From assembly GCF_001194135.2 (NCBI RefSeq), contig NC_068987.1, positions 13,339,487 to 13,403,486 of the forward strand: a stretch of 64,000 bases of DNA, read 5' to 3'. The stretch is from Octopus bimaculoides. Its lineage: Eukaryota. The notes beneath the pieces are model-generated. The model saw nothing but the letters and a program-made list of their open reading frames with translations, had not been told where the DNA came from and ran no database searches. Shown piece by piece: positions 37,998-51,849 of the stretch (position 1 is the first letter of the stretch; every line of letters begins with the position of its first letter). A program made the translations under genes and the position numbers.

Positions 37998-38660
37998 GGA
38001 TCTATTTTAAAACGGGGGCGCCAGTATTTTCTTAACGAAACACTAACGAAACACTTTGAAACTTGGGACACTGGTAGAATGTGTCATATAAAACATCTTT
38101 TACTCTTAGTCTTCTTAACAAAAAAAAAAGGAATTCGCAAGTTATTCCATGTTAAAGTTGTCGTATTTCTGTAATTTCAACCAATCACTGACGTCTATTC
38201 AGCTCAATAGAGTTACTGTTGGGCGGTCATTAAAATGTTATTCCCTGTGACATATTTCATCCGGTTTAATCGTAATTTATACGCATATATTGTTTATATA
38301 ATAAATTACGCTGTGCGTATCTATGTGTGTAACAATTTTAGAGTTCGGATTCTAGAGTCAGGGTTAGTTTTAGGGTTAGGGTTAGGGTTACGGTTATGGT
38401 TAACAGTCTAGTTAGGGTTAGGGGATTAATACGATATACACCGTTACAGCGCTAACTGTTTTCAACTGAATAGACGTCAGTGATTAGTAGAAATTATCGA
38501 AATAAGACAATTTTTTACATGAAATAAATTCGAATACAACATTTTTTTTCTGTTCTATAACACAAAATAGATAAGTATACGAAGTTTGAAAGTCTTTCCG
38601 TACCAAAAACACTACATAAAACATAAATGAAAACTGGCGCCCCCGTTTTAAAATAGATCC
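37998..38660. mobile_element. 663-bp non-autonomous DNA transposon with perfect 28-bp TIRs and an internal (TTAGGG)n-like tract
   Basis: ggatctattttaaaacgggggcgccagt (37998-38025) and its exact reverse complement (38633-38660); internal inverted aatcactgacgtctattcag; telomere-like repeats at 38359-38424. Confidence 0.85.
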
Positions 38661-41121
38661 CACATACACATAATATAATTGTAATTATATTTATATTTAC
38701 ACAAATAGACATATTCACACACAGACGCGCGCGCGCACATTGTTTTCTTGTTTATTCAGCGTTATCGTCTCTTTGATGTCCTTATCTAACTCGAAATACT
38801 TATTATTCTACTACATTACCTTCATTATAGATTTCTTTGAAGTGTTTCTATAATTGTTAAAATAAGTTTAATACAATATATTATTTCTTTGAGACAGACA
38901 GTAACCGAGACAGCTAAGCAGCTTTGAGAAAAAAGAAAACCTATTCGGGATTTATTTTATTGTAAGAATACTCTCAAATTTGAATCACCAAATATGCATA
39001 CTCGCTTAAATGTGAGTATCTTAAAACTCCATATATAGATACACAAATTTTTTTTATTTTTCATTTTCCAAAAAAAAAAAAAAAAAAAAGGAATCAGAAT
39101 TAAAAGCAGGAGTGTGTATAATGCATGTTATAAGGCAGCTAATTTTCCCCTCATCCACATTTATTAAGCAAAAACAATAATGTAATAAAACTAATATATT
39201 TAAGATTATTTTATCATATATCAATATTTTGTTATCATTAAAGGCGGTGAGCTGGTAGAATCGAAATGCTTAGTGGCAATTCGTCCGGCTTTCGTTCTGA
39301 GTTCAAATTCCGCTGAGGTCGACTTAACCTTTCATTCTATCGAGGTCGATAAAATAAGTACCATTTGAGCATCGGGGTCGATGTAATCGACTTACCCCCT
39401 GCCCAGAAATTGCTGGCCTGAACCAAAAATTTGAAACTAATATCTATTATAAGATCAAGATCGTGAGATCGTGGTTTCGATTCTCGGACCGGATGATGCG
39501 TTGTGTTCTTGTGAAAAACACTTCATTTTCACGTTGTTCTGCAATCACTTTGACAACTAACGTGTGATACACTGTACACCTCTACAGGTAATATGGATTT
39601 GATGGAGGGAATGATCTAATATACAGCACAAGTCAACTGTGCAGATCAATCACTAAGAAATTGCGGAATCGCCTTTCTCAGATTCGAGAAACTACCAAGA
39701 AGAAGACGGCGATATCAATCCCACAAAACTATTATATTTTAGACATACAATGCTCTACGAGTCACTGTTCCGAAAGGATGAAAGGCAAAGTTGACCTTGG
39801 TGGAATTTGAACTCAGAACGTAAAAGACAGGCGAAATGTCGCTGCCTGGCGTGCTAACGATTTTGCCAGTACGCCACTAATAATGTTTCTAGCAAATGCA
39901 CAAGGCCTGAATTTTGGGGTATGGGGTTAGGAGATTGAATTGATACTGGTACTTTATCTTATTGACCCCCGAAGGGATGAAAAGGAAAGCTGACCTGGGT
40001 GAAATTTTAACTCAGAACTTTTAGGAGCCAAGACAGATACCGCAAAGCGTTTTGTCCATAATACAAAACATGCCACATACAAAAGAGGGTCAGAAAACAT
40101 AGGGGGATGTACGTATGTGTGGGTGTATGTTTTAGTACGCACGCGTGTGTATACATACAGAGACAGAGACAGGCAGAAATTAATGACAAAGAAGTTACAA
40201 ACATTTATAGTTATGTAATTTTAGCCAATCAAAAGCGTCCGTTGCCAACATATTGGTTGTCGTAAGTGTCTGTCATAATGGAAATCAGCAAAGACAAAGG
40301 TAAGACAGCGAAGACGAAACCTTTACGTCACTCGGCTGCTAGAAATAGCAGCAACATTTTCCCTAAGCTACATCATAACGTCTAAAAATTAAAAAGACGA
40401 CATATTATATAACATAGTTGGAGGTACTGGGTTTTTTTTTCATTCATAATTAGAGCAGCAATGTGTCATAATGTGCTCCTAAATTCATAGCGACAATAAA
40501 TATGTTTATTATATGTAATCATAAACACAATACTGAGCATGTGTTTGTTGTCAATACATACAATGTGTTTATGATTACATAAAACACACACATACACACA
40601 CACGACACATACGTTCTGTTCAATTCAAAGCACTTGATTAATCAAAAGTATAGGAGACGGGAAAAAATTGTCTGGGAACGAATAGACAAACGAACGTGCG
40701 TTACGTATCATCTATGAGCTGAAATTTCTACAGAAGATGTATTTATATAAACCACTCACTGATCAATCAATAACTCAATCAATGAATTTTGATAGAGAGA
40801 GACAGCTCTGTATTATATAATTGATCAGATCTACAAAAGAAAAATCGGTGATGAAGTGTACAACTAACTATGAACTGATGAATGGGTGAAATCGTTATAT
40901 AATACCTAGAAACAATGTAATATCAGGTACAGGCACAGGCGTAGTTGTGGCGTTAAGAAGCTTGCTTCCCAATCACGTAGCCTTGGGTTCGGACCCACAG
41001 TGTGGCAACTCGGTGTAATGAATGACCATGGGATTGCACTTAGAAGCTTGCTTCTCAACTACGTAACCTTGGGTTCGATCCCACTGTGTGACAACTCGGT
41101 ATAATGAATGACCATAGGATT

Positions 41122-41276
41122 CACTAGCGTGGCTGGGTGCGGTAGGGGCGATCCACCTCGGGCGGCACTTTTCCTCTTGTTGTAGGCTATTGCTGTGGGT
41201 TATGTGTTTTTTGTGGGGTCCGGGGCGGCAAACGGAAGGGCCACTCCTCGTGGGACACAATCTAGCTACGCTAGTG
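41122..41276. mobile_element. hAT-type MITE with 8-bp TSD, inserted in a SINE end
   Basis: ataggatt|cactagcgtggct...agctacgctagtg|atgggatt; it follows an ~84-bp tandem duplication (40957-41125). Confidence 0.75.
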
Positions 41277-42256
41277 ATGGGATTGCACTTAGAAAGTTAC
41301 CTTCCGAAACACAAGTCCGGGCAAGGTTGTTTATGGAAGACCAGCAGTCGCCCATGCATACCAGCCTCTCCTCTCCACACCACCCATGTCATCCAATGGA
41401 AAGGCAAAGGCCAATACAGTTTGGTACCAGCGAGACGTCACAACTCATTTCTACAGCTGAGTGAACTGGAACCACATGAAATAAAGTGTTTTGCTCAAGA
41501 ACACAACACACAGCCTGGTCTGGGAATCAAACTCACTACCTCATGATTGTGAGTGAGCTCAGTGCTCTTACAACTGAGTCATGTGCTAATAGCCTCAAGC
41601 CAACTAATGCCTTCTGAGTGGATTTGGCAGACGGAAATTGAAAGTAGTTTATCGTATGTGTGCGAGCGTGCGTGCGTGCATGTGTTTGTTCCCCGACTCC
41701 GCTTAACAACTGCTTCTTGATTTGTTTACATACTCATAACTTACTGGTTCAGCAAAAGAGACCAATAGAATAAATAACAGGCTTCAAAAAGAAAAGAAAA
41801 AAACAGTCCTGGGATCAATCTGTTCGACTAAAACCTTCTAGGCGATGCACCAGCATGGCCAGAGTCCAATGGTCGAAACAAGTAAAAGATAAAAAAGATA
41901 AAAACTGACCACGGCCAATTGAAAGCAATATTGAACTGAAACAAATTCAAAACTGAATTTAGTACAGTGAGGGACTCTACAAGTAGAACACTTAACAAAA
42001 TCCGCCGCCATGACAAAAGAGTTATTAAGCAAAGCTTGTCGTGTCATCATCATCATCGTTTATGGAGGCAGGTTTTTCTGTGGCCGGATGCGCTTCCTGT
42101 CACCAACCGTCACTTGTATTCAAGGAAGCTAATATTTTCTCACGGCCAGACATGTTTTCTCAGTTCATTGGAAAATTAATGGCATTCAATTACCACAATC
42201 ATGCGATTTCAATGCAAAGCAATACAATCACTGGTGCGCACACACACACACATACA

Positions 42257-42501
42257 CGAAGGGCTGCTGAAAAGTTCCTGACTTTGGGTAAAAGAAAATA
42301 CAGGAGGATCAGTTATTTATGATTTTATTGAACATATTCCCCTCTCAGATTCACACACTTATTGCAGTGGCCCTTAGAAAAACTGAAGGACCGCTGCAAA
42401 AAGTGTGTGAATCTGAGAGGAATGTGTTGTATAGAATCATACTTAACTGATCCTCCTGTATTTTCTTTTACCCAAAGTCAAGAACTTTTCAGCATCCCCT
42501 C
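42257..42501. mobile_element. Mariner-derived palindromic MITE
   Basis: cgaagggctgctgaaaagttcctgactttgggtaaaagaaaatacaggaggatcagtta and its inverse; related half-copy at about 30900-31070. Confidence 0.8.
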
Positions 42502-44399
42502 CAATTAGGCCTTTAAAATTTAGGATTTAAAATTTCAGATTTATGGAGAGTCGTGTGTGTGTTCGTTCACCACTGATTGACAACTCTAGGGACTGTAAGT
42601 CTAAAACTGCTATAGGTGATAGGTCCTCCTTAGCCGCATGGATTACTAGTGATAGATTAACTAATCCTCAGTAAGTGAGGCGCTTGAAGTATTTGTTATA
42701 TTTTTATCTAGAACATGATTTAGGGGGAGATAGTGACAAAGTCGTGTCGCTCTAATAAAACTCACATCTAAGTGCAGTTTAGTCATGGCCAGGACATATA
42801 GCAGCAAAGTATATGTGTACGTGTGTGTTAGAGACAGACAGAGAGAGAGTGTGTGTGTGATTATTATCGGAATAAGCATTTTGTATCTACACAAAAAAAA
42901 AATTATTGAGTGTAAAGGAACTAGCAAAGTGCTCGATAAAAGCGAAGACTAACAGATTTAGAGTAATAATGGTTTCAAATTTCTGCACAAGACCAGCAAT
43001 TTCGAGGATGGGCCATATCGATTTTATCGACCCCGACCTCACAAAGATGAAAAGTAAAAGTCGACCTCGGTGGAATTTGAACTCTGAACGAAAAACCGGA
43101 CGAAATACTGCTACGGTTTTTGCCCGGCGCGGTAACGATTCTGCCAGCTTGCCAACTTATTATATATATTTTTTTATATATATAAATATTATCAGTGATA
43201 GAAAGGATGAATAAGTAGGGGGCATTGTTTTTGTAAGTTCTGATCTAATATATAGATGTGCGCTACGGGGTAAATGTAAACATAGAAAGAATCAAAAGTG
43301 AACCATTACAAAAAGAAGTTAATTAGCACGACTATTCAGCAACAAAATAACACAAAAGGTCTCCCAAATTGGGGTACAACCATATAGGAAGATTTGGGGC
43401 ACACTGCTACACACACACACTTGTTCTCCCTTTCTATTGCAGACAATATTTATGTAAGGAAATAAGGTGGTGAATTATCAAAATACTTAGTGACATTTTG
43501 TGTTTTTTTACATTCTAAGCTCAAATTACCTCAAGGTCGATTTTTGCCTTTCATCATTTCGGGGTCGATAAAATATGTACCAGTTGAGCACTGGAGTCGA
43601 TGTTTCTGACTAAACCCCTCCGCCCAATTTGCTGCCTTTGTGCCAAAATTTGAAACCGGTAGGCATTTTGGACCTAGAACGTAAAATAGATGAAATGCTA
43701 TTGAGCATTTTGGCCGGCGAGCTAACGATTCTGCCAGCTCACAGCCTTGATTTGGAATAATAATAAAATTGATATGTATGTAAATCAATTTATGTATTGA
43801 AATAAATACATAATGTAATTTTCCCCACCACCACCACCACCACCCTGAACACAATACTATCTCTGGCAGTCGGACATTCATAGAACATTTGGCTGCTAGA
43901 ATCATGATTATGTATTATGGACATGTGACGCCTTCGTCAATGCGACTTTTAAGCTAGCTCCTGCGAAAAGCTAAAGGTAGCTAAATAGTATGACTTTAAT
44001 ACGTCTATAATGACTATATGCTCTGCTGATGTTTGATGAGAGGTAAGGATGGATGAGAATTACTTCTGTAATGCAATTATTCTATTGTTCCAGTCCCAAG
44101 TTGAATTCTAACTGTTGGCCAATTTGTCCCAAAGTTCTTATCTCGACGTAAAATTAATGAAGCAAACGTCATTTCTCTTCCCCTCCCTTGATCTCTGACG
44201 TTACCTAACAAACGCCAACCAAGATGGCGTGAATCAGTCAAGCTTTACTTGCTAGAAATAGCATTCCAAATGCTTTGAAATCAGATCCCAATGCTGGATG
44301 TTCAAGAACCAAATGAATGGCAGGTTTTCAATCCCGGGATCATCCTGATTCCAAAAGGGCATAATGTGTCTATGTAGAGCAAATGTAAACTAAGATACA

Positions 44400-44582
44400 G
44401 GGCGAAATGCTTAGCGGTATTTCGCCTGTCGCTACGTTCCGAGTTCAAATTCCGCCGAGGTCGACTTCGCCTTTCATTCTTTCGGGGTCAATAAATTAAG
44501 TACCAGTTGCGTACTAGGGTCGATATAATCGACACATCCCCTCCCCCCAAACTGTTGTCCTTGTGGCAAGATTTGAAACCAT
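44400..44582 (+). mobile_element. SINE family A, CpG-intact copy
   Basis: gggcgaaatgcttagcggtatttcgcctgtcgctacgttccgagttcaaattccgccgaggtcgacttcgcctttc; B-box-like GAGTTCAAATTCC. Confidence 0.85.
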
Positions 44583-47434
44583 TATTATTATTATATGCAA
44601 TCATGCATATATACATACATCATAAGCATATATATGGATATATACATACATATACTATTTCTTTTACTAGGAGTGTATAAGTGATTTCGTCGGACTTCGA
44701 AGTTACTGTCATTCCTCTCCTTGTAGTATATGAATGCATCTTACAAGAACTATTGAAAAGTTCTTCGGTTCGATGTAAATTTTTTTTTTTTTTTTTTTCA
44801 CAATTCTACTTAAAAACAGATAGACGGACAATAAATGTAGAGAGAAAGAGACAGACAGACAGATATGAAGCGGCTTATATACATCCATTATAATATTCTT
44901 TACTACTCTAGACACAAGGTCCGAAATTTTTTTGTGGGGGGGGGGCAGTCGATTAGATCGACCCCACTACGCAATTGGTACTTAATTTATCGACCCCGAA
45001 AGGATGAAAGGCAAAGTCGACCTCGGCAGAATTTGAACTCAGAACGTAAAGACAGACGAAATACTGCTAAGCATTTCGCACATCATTATAATATTGAAAC
45101 CTGAGATTTAAGGGCGGAGAGAAACTTCACGTTCGTTGAACCCGCTCGCTAATCGTTTTGCAAGCATTCAATAAAGAATACGCCTGCATATATTAAAAAC
45201 TAAATTAGAAGTTAGAGAAACTTTACAAAAGAGAATCAAGGAGTGAATACGTGGGCAAAACACAAACTTCGTCGTTTATATATATATATATATATATCGT
45301 TTTTATATCGTATCTGTATACATAAATTCAACATTCTTTGTGGCAAATGGTGTTCGGTTTTTTTTTTTGTTTTTTTCAAGTTGTTCTTTTTTTAATCTTT
45401 AAAAGTTTACTAAAAAAAGGGTAATATAACTGTAATTTAGATTAATTTTCCATTCCGATATGCTGACAGTTAATTCCCATAGTTAAAAGTATATAATCAA
45501 CCAAACACACACTATTATTATTATTATTATTATTATTATGAATAATAATAATAATATAACGTGTCGTACACACATGCATATCTGAAAAGTGACAATAATT
45601 ATGTCTGAAAAAAAAAAAACTAATCGTTATCATAAATAACTATTAACAACAACAACAATTGCTACTGCAAAGTATGGTGGATTTCCGTCGTTTCACGACG
45701 AGGATTCGGTGGTTCGAACAACTAAATAACCTGCTCTTGAATTAAACGTCTAAGTGACATACCCTAAATGCTTTTCTCAAGCAAGATCATAGCTTTGTGG
45801 GCAAACCTTCGGTATTGGTAGACGACATCATTTTATAGCATAGGCTGAAAAAGAACGTGAATTACGTCATCTCCTCATACCGACACTCTGGAGACCAATA
45901 CCGAAAGACCGCTAACTTGTGTGTCACGAAGCTGTAGCTTTTTAATTACAAGTACAATCCACTCAGCGGGCTTCAATACAGTTTCTGTCAACTCAGTTTC
46001 ACTCATAAGGTACGAGTCGATCAAGGGATATAGAAAATAACATAGCGGCATCGAACCTGGAACCTCAGGGAATGCGAAGTAGAAGCAACTGTTAATGTTA
46101 ATGTATGCCTACATAATACATACATACATACATACATATGTATATATAAAAATATATATAATGTACACACACACGTGTGTGTGTGTTTGCCCCCACCCCC
46201 CACCAATTAATAACCGGTGTTAGCGTATTTACAAATAGAATAAGTACCAGTGTTAAAAAATGTACTAAGGTCGATTTCATTCGACTAAAATTCTTCAAGG
46301 TGGTGCCACAGAATGGCCGCAGTCTAATGATTGAAACAAGTAAAAGAATTAAAAAATAGATACATACACATATATTTATATATATCTCTCACACATACAC
46401 AAAGTATATTTGATAAAGTAAAACAAAACTTACTTGACTTCCAGGAAAAAAGAAAAACGCAGGCTCAACCTCTTTTAAACGGCTTTCCGCTGTCGTTTGG
46501 ATAACAATGTCGCTTTTTGTTTAAGACCTCAAAAGTTATCAAAAGACTCTTGTTAACATTCCAGCTTTATGATTCCATCCGAGGTACGAGGGAGGAAGTG
46601 TCGACAGCTCTTTTCACATACGTACGTTTGCGTGAATATTGCTTTTCCAATGCACGTTGACAGCATCTATAGAGTGCAAGTGCAAGCTGATTGCATGCTC
46701 ATTCGAATCAGATTGAATGCGAAAATGCGAAACTCATTGAACCATTTGAATTCTCACGTCCTTGCAAGACTATGTTGGAAATGGTTCTTGTCCGTTACAT
46801 GTCGGCTTTGTTTTTAAAATACCGTTAGTTTCTCTGATGGCTGTAGATGGATTTAAATGAAGTTTTGTATGTAATATATCCACAGTTCGATCAACACGTA
46901 ACATGCATAATGCGTGTGTGCGTGAATTTGTGAGTGTGCATGTGTATGAAAGAGAGAGAGAGACAGAAGGAGAGGGTAAGAAGATGAAAGAAGGACTTAA
47001 AGAGATGAAAGGATGAAAGAAAAGAGAGAGGGAGGAGGGGGTAGAGACACAGGTAGATTAAAGCTGGCATCCGTGTTCACCTTGTCAAGTAAATATGTGT
47101 GTTTAGCGTGCTTGTGTGTGTGTGAGTGCGGTTGTGCGTGTAAGCCCATACGGTAGGACATTCATAATTTCACTGTCTCACAGAGATTTATGAACAATAA
47201 CCACGAAGAAGCGAGCTTAATTGAACATACTAATCTGTACACCTGTATACACGCATCAAGTTCTCTTTACTTATTATACCTCTCCTCCTCTCCTTTTTCT
47301 GATGACACGCACACAAATAATACATATATACACACACACAGGTGTATGCATATATAGATAGATAGATAGATAGATAGATAAATAGATAGATGTGTATATA
47401 CGTATAAATATACATATACATATAAGTATATATA

Positions 47435-47474
<40 letters not shown>

Positions 47475-48031
47475 NNNNNNNNNNNNNNNNNNNNNNNNNN
47501 NNNNNNNNNNNNNNNNNNNNNNNNNNNNNNNNNNNNNNNNNNNNNNNNNNNNNNNNNNNNNNNNNNNNNNNNNNNNNNNNNNNNNNNNNNNNNNNNNNNN
47601 NNNNNNNNNNNNNNNNNNNNNNNNNNNNNNNNNNNNNNNNNNNNNNNNNNNNNNNNNNNNNNNNNNNNNNNNNNNNNNNNNNNNNNNNNNNNNNNNNNNN
47701 NNNNNNNNNNNNNNNNNNNNNNNNNNNNNNNNNNNNNNNNNNNNNNNNNNNNNNNTATGTGTGTGTATGTGTATGTGTGTGTAATTATGTCTTTATGACA
47801 TATTCGAAATTCTTCTTGTCCTTTCTTTTTCCTACATATAGAGACATTGTTGCCACATCTCTAAATCTCTAATTCTTAATTAAAACAGACTACATTCGGT
47901 ATAAAAAAAAAAGAAATTAAATGATTTAAGATTAGTGCTAAAGAATACGTGTGTCAATGTATGTGTGTGAGTGTGTAGTATTGTTTTGTCGAGGAAAAGA
48001 AAAGAGGACTTGAGATTATAGTTGAGATTAA

Positions 48032-48153
48032 TATTTTATTTTGGCCGAGTTAGTCTCTTGCCACTTACTCTGAGTTTCGCAAATGTCTGAAGACCCTACG
48101 CGTCAACAGGCGAAGCTCGGAGAAGCAAGAGACTGACTCAACCAAAATAATAT
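48032..48153. repeat. Short foldback at a hammerhead-like motif (Penelope-like inversion junction)
   Basis: Arms 48032-48080 and 48110-48153. CTGAAGA at 48087-48093 followed by CCT...AGG C GAAG CTCGGAG; the left arm reads GAAACTCAGAGTA on the - strand. Confidence 0.65.
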
Positions 48154-48432
48154 ACATATATGGATATTTAGATGATTGGTTGGTCAGAGAGTGACCATTG
48201 GTTCCACATCTATAAAGCGCTTAGCTAGATAGGCGACTCGCCATACTCAAGTGGCCAGAGGCACATAACCTAGAGAGAGAGAGAGAGAGAGAGATCAGTT
48301 ACACGGTTCCTTAGAATCTAGGTATATCAACGTGAAGGAAGCCAGGAATAGCTGGGTGCTTAGTATTGATTGAGCCTACCGTACTTTAAAGCGACTCTTA
48401 GTTGTCGAAAGTTGGTAGTGTACTGTTGGTAG

Positions 48433-48495
<63 letters not shown>

Positions 48496-48629
48496 TTCTC
48501 GAGCTATATAAATATACTAATAAATATATACGTAGGTACCAGATCCAATATAAACCGTAGATTCAACACAGGACTGGTTCCACGTATGTGTAAAAGAAGA
48601 ACACAAGAGAGGTTCAAAATTCATTTGTG

Positions 48630-48660
<31 letters not shown>

Positions 48661-49684
48661 ACTGTTTGTATGCATAGAACGTATTAAAGATATTTGAGCC
48701 AAACTCAAGAACTCACACTGCAATAAGGCTTGATTCGTTGTTCCATTAAAAATTCCTGCTTTGGAAGCGATGATCGCTATTTTTTTTTTTTTTCACTTAG
48801 TTTGTTGCTATTATTAATGTTATCATTATTGCTACTGCTGTTGTTATTGGTGCTGTTTAACGATTATTATTCTATTTGCTTTCCTTTAAAAGTTTTGTTT
48901 GAGGTTCACGTATTTGCCGTTGATTTATTACCGATGGTGTCGTTGTTGTTAACCCCAGGTCAGCAATCTGCTCGAATAAACCTTCTAAAAGTCAAAGATG
49001 TTTCAACTGTGATCATCCCGTCATTTTTTCTGCAATATATTTATCCAGTTTCCGCTTCGTTTCATGTTTTTCTTCTTAACAAAAACCGAAAAACCGTACG
49101 GTATGTTTAGCTTGAGGGACATTTGGTTGCTATATCTAAGCAGGTCAAGGGACCACATTGTATCTCCCGTTGGGGGTCTCCGGTATATTTGACGTATAAA
49201 CTATTTTCTAGGTAGCTATAATCAACTTACCTCTTTTCTTTTTTCTTTAAATCTTATTCTTAGGCCTCTTACTCCGACTCAACTTCCCTTCACGCAAAAA
49301 ACTTTTAAACCAACCTGTAAAGTGTATATAGTGTGTGTGCGTGTATATGTTACGCACTGTGTGTGCGTGTATGCGTGTGTATGCGCTCGCGCGCGTGCGT
49401 GTTTTATACACACACGTATAATTATTTCTTATAGCCTCCAGTTGTTTTTTCTTATCACTTTCTCGACCTCAAATATTCGCACTTGTTCTGCCGCATTCTT
49501 TTCCATATACGTACGTATGAATATGTATGTATGTCCATATGTGTATGTATGGATGGATGGATGGAAGGATGTGTATAAATATGTGTGTGTATGTATATGT
49601 ATATATATATTAGAGAGAGAGCGCATGTTAAATTTGTGTTTAGGTATACATGTATATGTATGTATCTATCTATATGTGTGTGTG

Positions 49685-49753
<69 letters not shown>

Positions 49754-50271
49754 TAGGCCAGTTTATGTAGTACGTATGTGTGTGTGTGTGTATATATATA
49801 TATGTGTGTGTGTGTGTGTTAAACCAGTTTTTGTAGTACGTATGTATGCGTATATGTATGTGTGTATGTGTATATATTTGTGTGTGTGTGTATAGATAGA
49901 TATAATTATGTGTGTTTATACGTTTTCTGTGCTACTTTCCTCCTCACGCGTCTTTGATACATACACGCACATATACATATGCACACACACATACATATGC
50001 ACACACTTGTTCTTGTGGAGAAATGTCCTCTCAACACCTGTTCTAAGTCTGACAACGGTGTGACCCGTTCATCTCCCTCCCTGTCACCCCAATATCACCC
50101 ACCACCACCACCACCACTATCACCTCCGTCACAACCGCCACTATCACCGTACCACTATCACCGTACCACATCGCTACCATCGCCACCACTGCTGTTCTAT
50201 CTGTTTTCTATTATTGACATAACTATCTTTAAAAGCTTCCTCCCTTATGCCTATCATTGTGTGTGCTAATG

Positions 50272-50314
<43 letters not shown>

Positions 50315-50368
50315 TCTTGGTCACATTCACTTGGCAATATCAAGATTTGTGCACACACACATCTGATT

Positions 50369-50412
<44 letters not shown>

Positions 50413-50922
50413 CTACACATTCTGTCTTCCTGAACACACATACCACACAAACGCATATCTCACATACACATACAGTCACACGTTTTCTCTCTCTCTCTCT
50501 CACTCTGTCTTCCTTTCCCTATCTCACTCTTTACATATACATACTCTCTTTAAGACAAATTCTCTCTCTATGTTTACTCATTCTCTTCCCTCACTACTTC
50601 TTTTTTAATACACACACACACACTGTCTCTCTCTCTCTCTCTCTCTCTCTCTTTATCTATCTATCTAGCTACCTGTCTCTCTATCTATCTCTTTTCTCTC
50701 TCTTTGTCTTTTTGTCAACAAACAGTAATGTGAAAATAAGTAAAAACAAAAATAAAAAATAAGGCAAATACGTCCTTCCAAAATCCCTTAGTTAAGAAGC
50801 TCTCTTTGCAAGCACATGGTTTCAGGTTCAATCCCACTGTGCAGCCCCTTGAGCAAGTATCTACTATAGCCCCAGACTGACTAATGCATTGCAAATGGAC
50901 AGAAAATGTGTGAACACCCATC

Positions 50923-50960
<38 letters not shown>

Positions 50961-51239
50961 GCACAGCAGGCTTACACATACACACACACATATTGGTTTC
51001 AAATTTTAGCACAAGGCCAGCAATTTCAGGGATGAGGTAAGCCAATTACATCAACTCCAGTGCTCAACTGGTACTCATTTTATTGACCCTGAAAGGATGA
51101 AAAGCAGGGTCGACCTTTGTAGAATTTGAACTCAGAACATAAGAATGAAATGCCACTAAGCATTTTGCCTGGTATGCTAACAATTCTTATAGCTCACACA
51201 TAATAGTAACAGTTTGACTCAGTTCAATATGACATTTGA

Positions 51240-51790
51240 GTTTTGTGGGTGCATAGGAAACGTCCATCTTGTCAGATGGCAACATAAGAATAGGAGGTTT
51301 GAAATAAATTCAAGATGGCTTCTAAATGTTAGGCTTCTATTGGCCTCTATTGATCAATATTGCTTCAATGTTACACATTACAATAGACACAAATATCTGC
51401 CTACACAACCTCCAATCCACACCCCTGTCTGTAACTTCCAAAATCCTACCAGAGTCACTTACACCATGTAATGCCATTACAAGAAATTACATAGGCATGA
51501 CAGCCAATAATTTAAAGGGAAGATATATACAACACATACACTCCTTCGGATGCAGAGGTAGGGAAAATTCCACCTCTTTGTCTTGCTCCATCTGGAGATT
51601 TCACAAACATCAGAATGACTTCCTGAACATCTAATGGAATATCTTTGACTGGGCCCCCTCCCTTACTGACCTTTGAACTCACAACTGCCAACTCTGTCCC
51701 AGTGAGAGATGACACAAACTCCACCAGCCTCCTGTATCAAACAACAGGAAGAATGCAGTCTTAAGGCTGCCATCAGAGGTAAGCCATTGA
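51240..51790 (+). mobile_element. Penelope-like element relic, GIY-YIG endonuclease fragment
   Basis: ORF 51326-51634 contains NYIGMTANNLKGRYIQHIHSF...RENSTSLSCSIW; CQLCPSER follows downstream after a stop. Confidence 0.8.
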
Positions 51791-51815
51791 CTGCTGTTAA
51801 TACAGACATCCCCAA

Positions 51816-51849
<34 letters not shown>

